This document shows, one piece after another, positions 53,187 to 60,852 of a DNA stretch of 64,000 nucleotides. Origin of the DNA: Mogibacterium sp. (lineage in GTDB: Bacteria > Bacillota > Clostridia > Peptostreptococcales > Anaerovoracaceae). Position 1 is the stretch's first letter; each line of letters starts with the position of its first letter. The notes under the pieces were generated by a model that saw nothing but the letters and a program-made list of their open reading frames with translations, was not told the origin of the DNA and ran no database searches. A program made the position numbers and the translations under genes. The stretch covers positions 1,454-65,453 of the forward strand of contig JAFRGC010000006.1 in the NCBI GenBank assembly GCA_017434025.1. The letters are read 5' to 3'.

Positions 53187-53915
53187 ATGATGAATCCTTT
53201 CACTACAGTTCCCAAGGCACTAGATCTGTACTTTACCGTCAGTCGTTACAACCGCCACAAGAAGGAGTTTGACAAGCTCCGCGCGGAGGGCCGCATCGAA
53301 GAAGAGAAGGCTCTGATCAACAAGTACCAGCGTGAATTCATCGAGGATTTCTCGGCAAGAGTCAAACTGACTTACGATATCACCGGTGAGGAGAATATCC
53401 CTGAGCAGGGTCCGTTTATGGTGTACTGCAATCATCAGAGTTATGCAGATCTGTTCGCATCGCTCTGGCTGTTCCGCAATCACTGCCAGATGGGATATGT
53501 AGCGAAAGAGGAGTGGCGCAAATTCAGATTCCTCTCACTCGCGATCGAATACTCCCGCTCGATATTCCTGATCCGCCATAATCCTCGTGAAGCAGTCAAA
53601 GCGATCAATGAGGCCAAAGCACTGCTTGATCAGGGATTCAACATGCTGATCTTCCCGGAAGGCACACGTTCCAGACGCCATGAAATGGGCGACTTCAAAC
53701 ACGGTGCTTTCAAATTCGCCGAGAAGGCCAAAGTCCCTGTCCTCCCAATCACATTCGACGGAGGATACAAACTGCTCGAGGAAACCGGCTCCTATCACCC
53801 ATGCACTGTCAAGATCACCGTTCATCCGCTCGTCCATCTCGAGCAGATGAGCAAATCTGAGCAGAAGGAAGCCGAAGCACAGATAGAGGCAGCCATCAGG
53901 TCTGCACTCGACTGA
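53187..53915 (+). CDS. plsC: 1-acyl-sn-glycerol-3-phosphate acyltransferase
   Basis: HX4D motif NHQSYADL and FPEGTRS motif. AGGAG Shine-Dalgarno. A perfect TATAAT lies at 53141-53146. Confidence 0.85.
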   Translation: MMNPFTTVPKALDLYFTVSRYNRHKKEFDKLRAEGRIEEEKALINKYQREFIEDFSARVKLTYDITGEENIPEQGPFMVYCNHQSYADLFASLWLFRNHCQMGYVAKEEWRKFRFLSLAIEYSRSIFLIRHNPREAVKAINEAKALLDQGFNMLIFPEGTRSRRHEMGDFKHGAFKFAEKAKVPVLPITFDGGYKLLEETGSYHPCTVKITVHPLVHLEQMSKSEQKEAEAQIEAAIRSALD

Positions 53916-53947
53916 TTCTCTATTCCAGAATATTGCAGCAAATAAAG

Positions 53948-53987
53948 AACAGGCAGTTCACATGTCATGCGAACCGCCTGTTTTTTC
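53948..53987. terminator. Terminator between convergent plsC and galE
   Basis: A 12-bp stem AACAGGCAGTTC / GAACCGCCTGTT with one mismatch, followed by TTTTTT on the plus strand. An A-rich left flank serves the minus strand. Confidence 0.6.
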
Positions 53988-53998
53988 AGTTTCTGCAA

Positions 53999-55015
53999 TT
54001 ATTTATCATATCCCTGCGGATTATGGCTCTGCCAGTTCCACGCGTCACGGCAGATCTCATCGATGCCGCGCTGAGCCTCCCAGCCGAGAACCGCTTTCGC
54101 TTTGTCTGCATTCGCCCAGCTGTCCTGAACGTCGCCGGCTCTCCTCGGTCCGATCTCGTATTTGACCTGGTGGCCGCAAGCCTTGCTGAATGCATTGACC
54201 ATATCGAGTACGCTGTACGGATTCCCTGTTCCAAGGTTGAATACTTCTGTTCCCTTGTGTGAAACTGCATATTCAGCAGCCTTGACATGTCCCTCTGCAA
54301 GGTCCATAACGTGGATGTAATCTCTCCTGCATGTGCCGTCCGGCGTGTCATAATCATCGCCGAAAACAGTCAGATGATCTCTCCTGCCGACAGCTACCTG
54401 AGAGATGTACGGCATCAGATTGTTAGGGATGCCCTGTGGATCTTCGCCGATCTTCCCGCTCTCATGCGCTCCGACCGGATTGAAGTATCTCAGAAGCACT
54501 ACCGACAGCTCGTCATTTGCGACCGTAGCATCGCGGAGGATCTGCTCCTGCATCCATTTGGTCCATCCATACGGGTTGGTGCATACACCCTTAGGCATTT
54601 CTTCGGTAAACGGAGGTACGTTATCCTCGCCGTATACTGTCGCGGAACTCGAGAAAACGAAATTCGTGACGCCTTCCTCCCTCATGCACTCGAGCAGTGT
54701 GAGGGTCGTGTCGATATTGTTCCTGTAATACTCAACAGGTTTGGCTACTGATTCGCCAACTGCCTTGAGTCCTGCGAAGTGGATGATGCAGTCCGGCTTC
54801 TCGTCATGCAGGATCTTGCGCATGACTTCTGCGTCCGCCGCGTCTGCTTCGTACAAAGCGATCTTCTTCCCCGTGATCTCCTCGACTCTGCGGATCGCTT
54901 CCGGCGAACTGTTGTAATAGTTGTCGACTACGACAACGTCATGTCCTGCCTCGATCATCGCAACTGCTGTGTGTGAACCGATATAGCCAGCCCCTCCTGT
55001 CAGTAATGTCTTCAT
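53999..55015 (-). CDS. galE: UDP-glucose 4-epimerase
   Basis: MKTLLTGGAGYIGSHT, YGWTKWMQEQIL (YxxxK) and a typical GalE length of 338 aa. Confidence 0.9.
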   Translation of the reverse strand: MKTLLTGGAGYIGSHTAVAMIEAGHDVVVVDNYYNSSPEAIRRVEEITGKKIALYEADAADAEVMRKILHDEKPDCIIHFAGLKAVGESVAKPVEYYRNNIDTTLTLLECMREEGVTNFVFSSSATVYGEDNVPPFTEEMPKGVCTNPYGWTKWMQEQILRDATVANDELSVVLLRYFNPVGAHESGKIGEDPQGIPNNLMPYISQVAVGRRDHLTVFGDDYDTPDGTCRRDYIHVMDLAEGHVKAAEYAVSHKGTEVFNLGTGNPYSVLDMVNAFSKACGHQVKYEIGPRRAGDVQDSWANADKAKAVLGWEAQRGIDEICRDAWNWQSHNPQGYDK

Positions 55016-55078
55016 TTATAACTTACCTCCTCTGCTATAACTTATGCTGCCCTTCCGGGATCTATGACTCTGTTGCTT

Positions 55079-56419
55079 CTACTTCTGTACGATCACTTTG
55101 GTGCCGACAGGCGCGTTGTTATACAGATACTTCGCGTCTGATGGTCTCATATTGATGCATCCGTGTGAGCCGCTGTATACGTATGTCTTGTTATTGCGGA
55201 AATCCGCGTCGCTCCACCATGGCGCGTCGTGCAGTCCGTATGAACTCCCTATGAATGCCATCCAGTATTTAACAAATACATTCCAGGTCGGTCCGGTAAG
55301 ATAAATATTCCTGGCCTTCGATCTGATCTTATACGTTCCGGTAGGCGTATCCATCTTGTTCTTGAGTCCGGTAACTACGTTGCCTGACCTCTTGAGCTTG
55401 CCGCCTTTATAGAACTTGATCGTCTGATCGGAAATATCTACGAGGACGAAAGTCTTGTATTTGCGCTTATAATACTCCAGCCCTGTGATATATCCGGAAG
55501 ATGTAGTCGTATAGGTGACTCCGTCAGATGCCTTGAAGGTTCCCTTGACCATAGCGCCATCTGCGTCCATGTAGTACAGCTTGCCCTTGATCGTGTTGAA
55601 TCCCGGGCCGGCAGGTTTCTTCTTGGCGGTGAACCAGAATCTCTTGCCGTCAGCTGTTACCCATTTCTTCTTCGTGTTCTTGCTGATGGCTTTGATGAAA
55701 ACTCCCTTCTTGTTGAAGTAGCACCACTTCACAGCAGCCTTCTTCGCATTGCCGGATTTGATCTTCTGCCAGCCTTTGACCGGAAGACTCTTGTTGTTCA
55801 GGTAGTATCTCTTGCCGTCAACTGCCACCCATTTCTTGTACGCGGTAAGCTTAGGAACGACCTGCGTCTCGCCGGCACCGCATTTGGTGCATTTATGAGT
55901 CCGGCTTCCTGCAGCGAAATACGTCGCTTTCTTCGTTACTGTCCACGCAGCCCAGCTGTGCGTCGTGCATTTGAGAACCGGTATCGTTTCCTGCTGCACC
56001 GTTCCGCAGTTGGCGCATGTCCTGGTGCGGCTGCCTGCTGCGGTATATGTCGCAGGCGTGACCTCATTCCAGCTGCCCCACGCATGGTCAGTGCAAACCA
56101 GCTTCGCTATGGATTCGGTCTCCGTTTCACCGCAGTTGCCGCATGTTCTGGTACGGCTGCCTTCGCTCGTATACGTTGGTTCATCAGTTACGACCCAATC
56201 TCCCCATACATGCTCTGTACAGACCTCAGGTTCTTCCGGTTCAGGCTCTTCGGCCGTACCGCCGGCAGGTTCGCCTTCAGGTTCTCCTCTGAGTTCTGTG
56301 ACAATGCCTTCTCCACTGTCAGTTGTTACTTCGTCCTCAGCATATGCCGGCACGAAAAAGCCTGCCACAAGCAGCATTGTGAGTATCAGGCTTATCAGTC
56401 TATTCTTTGAAGTAGTCAT
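55079..56419 (-). CDS. Secreted L,D-transpeptidase (YkuD) with three Cys/His-rich repeats and cell-wall-binding (CW_binding_1-like) repeats
   Basis: Signal peptide, then 3 x 42-aa C-x2-H..W..C-x2-C repeats. Aromatic repeats follow (KWVAVDGKRYYL, KWVTADGKRFWF, GKLYYMDADGAMVKG). C-terminal YkuD: YGLHDAPWW..SGSHGCINM. Confidence 0.8.
   Translation of the reverse strand: MTTSKNRLISLILTMLLVAGFFVPAYAEDEVTTDSGEGIVTELRGEPEGEPAGGTAEEPEPEEPEVCTEHVWGDWVVTDEPTYTSEGSRTRTCGNCGETETESIAKLVCTDHAWGSWNEVTPATYTAAGSRTRTCANCGTVQQETIPVLKCTTHSWAAWTVTKKATYFAAGSRTHKCTKCGAGETQVVPKLTAYKKWVAVDGKRYYLNNKSLPVKGWQKIKSGNAKKAAVKWCYFNKKGVFIKAISKNTKKKWVTADGKRFWFTAKKKPAGPGFNTIKGKLYYMDADGAMVKGTFKASDGVTYTTTSSGYITGLEYYKRKYKTFVLVDISDQTIKFYKGGKLKRSGNVVTGLKNKMDTPTGTYKIRSKARNIYLTGPTWNVFVKYWMAFIGSSYGLHDAPWWSDADFRNNKTYVYSGSHGCINMRPSDAKYLYNNAPVGTKVIVQK
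55844..56221 (-). repeat. 3 x 126 bp in-frame repeat encoding the CT[ED/T]H.W..W....TY...GSRT[RH].C..CG module
   Basis: The three consecutive 42-aa units align without gaps. Cys, His, Trp and the GSRT motif are conserved in all three. Confidence 0.85.
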
Positions 56420-56456
56420 ATGATCACCCTGCCCCTGTCAGGAGCAATACTAAGAT

Positions 56457-57839
56457 CTATTCCGGATCATCGCCGGATTCTGCATCTCCGGTCTCATCAG
56501 AATCTTCCGTATCATCCGGATCAACCGGATCCGGAGCCGGCAGCGGCGTGTAAACAGGTCTTGCGTATCCTCTTATATATTTCCAGCCGACAGGGATCGT
56601 TCTTCTTCCGACCTTACCGATTCCCATATTTCCTTCAATGGTCGTTATGGTATTCCCTTCGACTTTCTCTACGATTCCTATATGGCTGGCGTTGTTCTTC
56701 ACAGCCGGAAACCAGTTAAATACTATCAAATCTCCCGGCTGAGGTACAGTATTATTTCCTTCAAGCCATATGCCCAGAGATTTAAAAATCTTGATATGCC
56801 TAGGGACACTGCATTCTCTTCCGGTCTTCTCCGCATTGCCTGTGACGATGGCAGCTGCGCTGACGGTGCAGTCGCACCACGCATCCCAGTATTTCATTTT
56901 GTACCCTGCAGGCAGAGGATACATCGAGTTGTAGATGTCTACGATGCTCTTATGCTTGCCGTTGGTGTAGCTGTAGTCCATCCAGCTGCGCATGACCTGC
57001 ACCATTGACTGGGCATCGCCGCCTTTGAAGACGGTGACCTTAATGCTGATCATCTTGCCGGTATGCGTCCTGGCGTAGATCGTCGCCGTTCCGATATTCT
57101 TCGCAGTGATCCTGCCGCTGCTGTCTACAGAGGCAACATTGCTGTTGCTGGACGACCACCGGATGCTCTTGCTGTAAGCTTTCTTCGGAAACGTGACCTT
57201 GACGGTAATGCTGCGTCCTTTCATGATCGCCGCTACACTTGCAAGATTGGTGAAAGTCAGGCTGTTGACATTCTTCTTCTTGCTGCGTGTCGTAACGGAA
57301 CCGGCCCAGCCTGTGGTGCCGGAGATCCTGACTTTTCCACTGACCTTCTTATACGCGACCACATTGTACTGGTAGAACTTGTTCTTGGTCTTAGCTTTCG
57401 TATCCGTATAAGAAGTGACGGTGCGGCCGACTCTCGCGATCTCGCTATACCTGCTGCCCTTGAGATCCTTTCTGAGGATGATATATCCATCGATCCCGGC
57501 TGAGTTGGAAGCGCTCCCCCAGGTGAGTTTGATCTTCTTCTTGTAAGCACTCGTCACAAGATTCCTCGGACTGCAGTTACTGCCGAGAAATACACTGCTC
57601 ACTACTGCACTCTTGAAAGCCGCGTCAATACCACTGACCCTTAGCCTCTTTGCGGTCTTGATCGTCTCCGGAGCGGCAGCAGTGGTCTCCTGTGCCGCCG
57701 CCACTTCAGAGGCCACTGTCCCGGTGCTGTTATCCGGAGCTGCCTCTCCCTCGGCAAAGACCGGCGTCAGTGTTCCCAGCACCATGACCGCAGCGAGCAG
57801 CATGCTTATGATTCTTGATCTTGCTGTTTTCATAGCCAT
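56457..57839 (-). CDS. Secreted CHAP-domain peptidoglycan hydrolase with FN3-like and Big_2 modules and an acidic C-terminal tail
   Basis: I prefer the start at MAMKTARSRIISMLLAAVMVLG. Big_2: SSSNSNVASVDSSGRITAKNIGTATIYA. CHAP-like Cys (DAWCDCTVSAAA) and His (ASHIGIVEKVEGNTITTIEGN). Confidence 0.75.
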   Translation of the reverse strand: MAMKTARSRIISMLLAAVMVLGTLTPVFAEGEAAPDNSTGTVASEVAAAQETTAAAPETIKTAKRLRVSGIDAAFKSAVVSSVFLGSNCSPRNLVTSAYKKKIKLTWGSASNSAGIDGYIILRKDLKGSRYSEIARVGRTVTSYTDTKAKTKNKFYQYNVVAYKKVSGKVRISGTTGWAGSVTTRSKKKNVNSLTFTNLASVAAIMKGRSITVKVTFPKKAYSKSIRWSSSNSNVASVDSSGRITAKNIGTATIYARTHTGKMISIKVTVFKGGDAQSMVQVMRSWMDYSYTNGKHKSIVDIYNSMYPLPAGYKMKYWDAWCDCTVSAAAIVTGNAEKTGRECSVPRHIKIFKSLGIWLEGNNTVPQPGDLIVFNWFPAVKNNASHIGIVEKVEGNTITTIEGNMGIGKVGRRTIPVGWKYIRGYARPVYTPLPAPDPVDPDDTEDSDETGDAESGDDPE

Positions 57840-58005
57840 CACATCCTTCTTGAATGATCTGTAGTATATCATGTCTCTTTTGTTCCACGCAAAAAGCGGG
57901 GATAGACTTCTAGCCATTGTACGCAAATTCTATCACCGCTTTCAGATCATTCAATTAACAGACGTTTAGTATTAACAGAATTAAAGGAAACCCTTGCGCC
58001 GACGC

Positions 58006-58452
58006 TTACAGCCTGTCGGAATCCAGCAGGATCGTGAACGGCCCGTCGTTGAGCAGTTCAACATCCATGTGCGCGCCGAACGAGCCTTTCTCTACGACCG
58101 GCACGCTCTTCTTACATCTTTCTATTATATATTCGTATAATGCGTTGGCCTTATCCGGCGATCCGGCTTCTACGAATGACGGTCTGTTGCCTTTCTTGCA
58201 GTTCGCGTAAAGTGTGAACTGCGAGACCAGAAGCAATCCGCCGCCGACGTCTGCGAGGGAAAGGTTGGTTTTGCCCTCTGCATCCTCGTTGATGCGCAGC
58301 TTGATCATCTTGTCGACCATCTTATCAGCTACAACTTCGTCGTCAGTGTCACAGACACCGATCAGCACCATGTATCCGCGGTCGATCTTGCCTACCACTT
58401 CATTATCTACAGTCACGGATGCGTGGCGCACCCTCTGGATCACAAATCTCAT
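58006..58452 (-). CDS. dtd: D-aminoacyl-tRNA deacylase
   Basis: [18 protein letters not shown] and GAHM motifs. 148 aa. Confidence 0.9.
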   Translation of the reverse strand: MRFVIQRVRHASVTVDNEVVGKIDRGYMVLIGVCDTDDEVVADKMVDKMIKLRINEDAEGKTNLSLADVGGGLLLVSQFTLYANCKKGNRPSFVEAGSPDKANALYEYIIERCKKSVPVVEKGSFGAHMDVELLNDGPFTILLDSDRL

Positions 58453-58489
58453 CTATATTATTGTTCCTCTCTCAAGATTGCTTATCGTT

Positions 58490-59608
58490 TTACACGCTGA
58501 ACTTATATGTTGTTCTCGATGTAAAGCGTTCTCCCTCGTGGAGTACTCCTCCCGGGAATGCGATGCGGTTGATCGCATCCGGCCAGAACTGCGTCTCAAA
58601 ACATACTGAGCAGCGCTGCCAGTATACGGCTCCGTCCTTGCCAGGTTCACCGCTCATGCCGTTTGCTGTGTACAGCTGCATGCCCGGCAGATCCGTAAGT
58701 ACGCTCATATGGATACCGCTTTCTTCGGAGAAGAGCGAAGCGACCTCTCTGTATCCCTCGCCGTCGAGGACAAAGTTGTGGTCGTATCCGTTCCCTACTC
58801 GCAGCTGTTCGTCTTCCATGCCGATATCACGGCCGAGAGCTTTGGCCTTGCGGAAGTCCATTGGCGATCCGGCAACATCGCGGATCTCGCCGGTCGGCAG
58901 TGACCACTCATCGTTCGGCGTGAACTTCTCAGCGTTGATCTGTACCAGCTGGTTGAGCACCGATCCGCTGTCATGACCATCCAGGTTGAAATAGCTGTGA
59001 TTGGTCAGGTTGAGCGGAGTGTCCTCGTTGCACAGCGCGCTGTAGTCGAGATGCAGTTCGTTATCATCAGTCAGCGTGTATGTGACCTCGACATGCAGAT
59101 CACCCGGAAAACCCTGATCGCCGTCCGGGCTGTCCAGGCAGAACGTGACGCTGTCACCTGCAATGTTCTCTTTCAGAAAAGCATTCGCGTTGTCGTTCAG
59201 ACTCTCTTTGGCGTATTTGGATATCTCGTGCGAGCTGATCTGTCCGAAAGCGACTTTGGTATCCCACAGTCGTTTTACATATGGGTCACGGCCGCCATGC
59301 AGCGCATTCGGGCCGTTGTTGGCGGTCAGTTCGTAGGAATCGCGGCCGATCATGAATCTGGCATTGCCGATCCTGTTGGCAAAACGTCCGACGACTGCTC
59401 CGATCGATCCGTGTCCGGTCTCGTACCCAGACACATCATCATGACCGAGTACAACATCGCGGCACACACCGTCCCTGCCCGGCAGCAATATACTGACGAT
59501 CGTTGCACCGTAATCTGTCAGTCTGACTTCCATTCCATTAACGTTCCTGAGGATGTACAGACCTGCAAGTCTGCCATCACTGAGTTTTCCGAAACTTACA
59601 GCTTTCAT
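58490..59608 (-). CDS. galM: Aldose 1-epimerase (galactose mutarotase)
   Basis: Contains NGPNALHGG, NLTNHSYFNL and FCFETQ motifs. 372 aa. Confidence 0.85.
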   Translation of the reverse strand: MKAVSFGKLSDGRLAGLYILRNVNGMEVRLTDYGATIVSILLPGRDGVCRDVVLGHDDVSGYETGHGSIGAVVGRFANRIGNARFMIGRDSYELTANNGPNALHGGRDPYVKRLWDTKVAFGQISSHEISKYAKESLNDNANAFLKENIAGDSVTFCLDSPDGDQGFPGDLHVEVTYTLTDDNELHLDYSALCNEDTPLNLTNHSYFNLDGHDSGSVLNQLVQINAEKFTPNDEWSLPTGEIRDVAGSPMDFRKAKALGRDIGMEDEQLRVGNGYDHNFVLDGEGYREVASLFSEESGIHMSVLTDLPGMQLYTANGMSGEPGKDGAVYWQRCSVCFETQFWPDAINRIAFPGGVLHEGERFTSRTTYKFSV

Positions 59609-59610
59609 AA

Positions 59611-60141
59611 CTATTCTCCTGTTCTGACCTTGATCTGGCAGGTCTGCATGGTACTGAGGGCAGCTTCATGTGTCGCCGGAGTTACACCCGCGCAGCATGA
59701 GGCATCTACTGAGATCGGTACTTCCGGCATTGCCGCCTTGAGCAGCAGAGCGTTGGACACGACACAGATATCTGTGCACAGCCCGATGAGTTCCAGCTCG
59801 ATCTCTTCTGATGCGGCAAGTTCCGCGAGATCCTTCGCGAGTTCCACGCTGCCGAATGTAGGTTTATCGTATATCTTCGCGTTACCGAGCAGTTCCGCGA
59901 TGTCCGGCCTGATCTGCCACCCGTCAGTTCCTTTGACACAATGGACGACCGGCAGATTGCGGCCTTCCTGCGTCTCGAGGTAATTGACCGCATGGGTGTC
60001 TCTGGTCGCGATGACATCCTGAGGATCATAAGAGCGGATCTTCGCTTTGACGTTCTCGACGATAGCCTTCGCCTCCCTGGTTCCCAGCGCACCGTCGATG
60101 AAGTCATTCTGCATATCAATGACGATCAGCAGTTTTCTCAT
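59611..60141 (-). CDS. Isochorismatase-family cysteine hydrolase (nicotinamidase-like)
   Basis: LLIVIDMQNDF at the N-terminus and GLCTDICV catalytic Cys motif. 176 aa. Confidence 0.8.
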   Translation of the reverse strand: MRKLLIVIDMQNDFIDGALGTREAKAIVENVKAKIRSYDPQDVIATRDTHAVNYLETQEGRNLPVVHCVKGTDGWQIRPDIAELLGNAKIYDKPTFGSVELAKDLAELAASEEIELELIGLCTDICVVSNALLLKAAMPEVPISVDASCCAGVTPATHEAALSTMQTCQIKVRTGE

Positions 60142-60210
60142 TTCAAGCCTCCATGTATTTCTTGCGGTATGATTTTCTTCTATTTAAGTATAACACAATA
60201 TGTGAGTTTC

Positions 60211-60525
60211 CTATTTCTGATTCTCCAGACTCTTCAGTACAGCCCGCTGCATTCTTGTCATCAGTTCCGTATGATCGGTGATCAGATCATAAACTGCGTC
60301 TTCTGACAGCACACCCCTCTTGAGGTCTGCCGGCAGCTTACCGGCTTCGTCATCTTCGTAATCACTCATCCACTGAGCGCTGCCGTAATACTTCTCCAGC
60401 CTGTAATAATTCTTCTGGATCATCTCATACTCTGACAAAGCATCCGAGAGCCGTGTGACTGCCGCTTTGGACTGATCCAGGTATTCTTCCATTTTCTGAA
60501 TGCGTGCTGCCTGTTCCTTATTCAT
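60211..60525 (-). CDS. DUF4298-like small coiled-coil protein
   Basis: 104 aa with AGAGAGGA Shine-Dalgarno. The pattern MEEYLD...YYRLEKYYGS..W..DYE matches my recollection of DUF4298 proteins. Confidence 0.55.
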   Translation of the reverse strand: MNKEQAARIQKMEEYLDQSKAAVTRLSDALSEYEMIQKNYYRLEKYYGSAQWMSDYEDDEAGKLPADLKRGVLSEDAVYDLITDHTELMTRMQRAVLKSLENQK

Positions 60526-60669
60526 GCCGGATCCTCTCTGAAAAAAGAATTAAATCTTACCGCTTAAGTTTCAATTAAGTTTCGTGTTCTATTCTATCAT
60601 TGTCAGAACTAAGACAACTAGAATTTTTCTTCATAAACTCCATATAATACTTTCAATACCTTATAACGA

Positions 60670-60700
60670 CCCTCCGGAGAACTGGTGAAGCTCCGGAGGG
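60670..60700. other. Strong 10-bp GC-rich hairpin in the 327-bp gyrA-downstream spacer
   Basis: CCCTCCGGAG - 11 nt - CTCCGGAGGG. A T-rich tail (CCGTTTATTTG) is present only on the plus strand, so orientation and function are ambiguous. Confidence 0.4.
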
Positions 60701-60852
60701 CCGTTTATTTGTGATAATCTTCCATATGATTATCGTAAATAGAAAAACCGGGCTTTCATGAGGCTAACGAACCGTTTTTCCCGATGATATCACCCGGTTT
60801 TTTGTAATATTATTATATTATTCCTAATATGTTTACAATTCTGTCTGCATTT

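Noticed and set aside
58973-59983. 336-aa plus-strand ORF
   Set aside because: It is antisense to galM and the isochorismatase-family gene, both of which carry diagnostic motifs.
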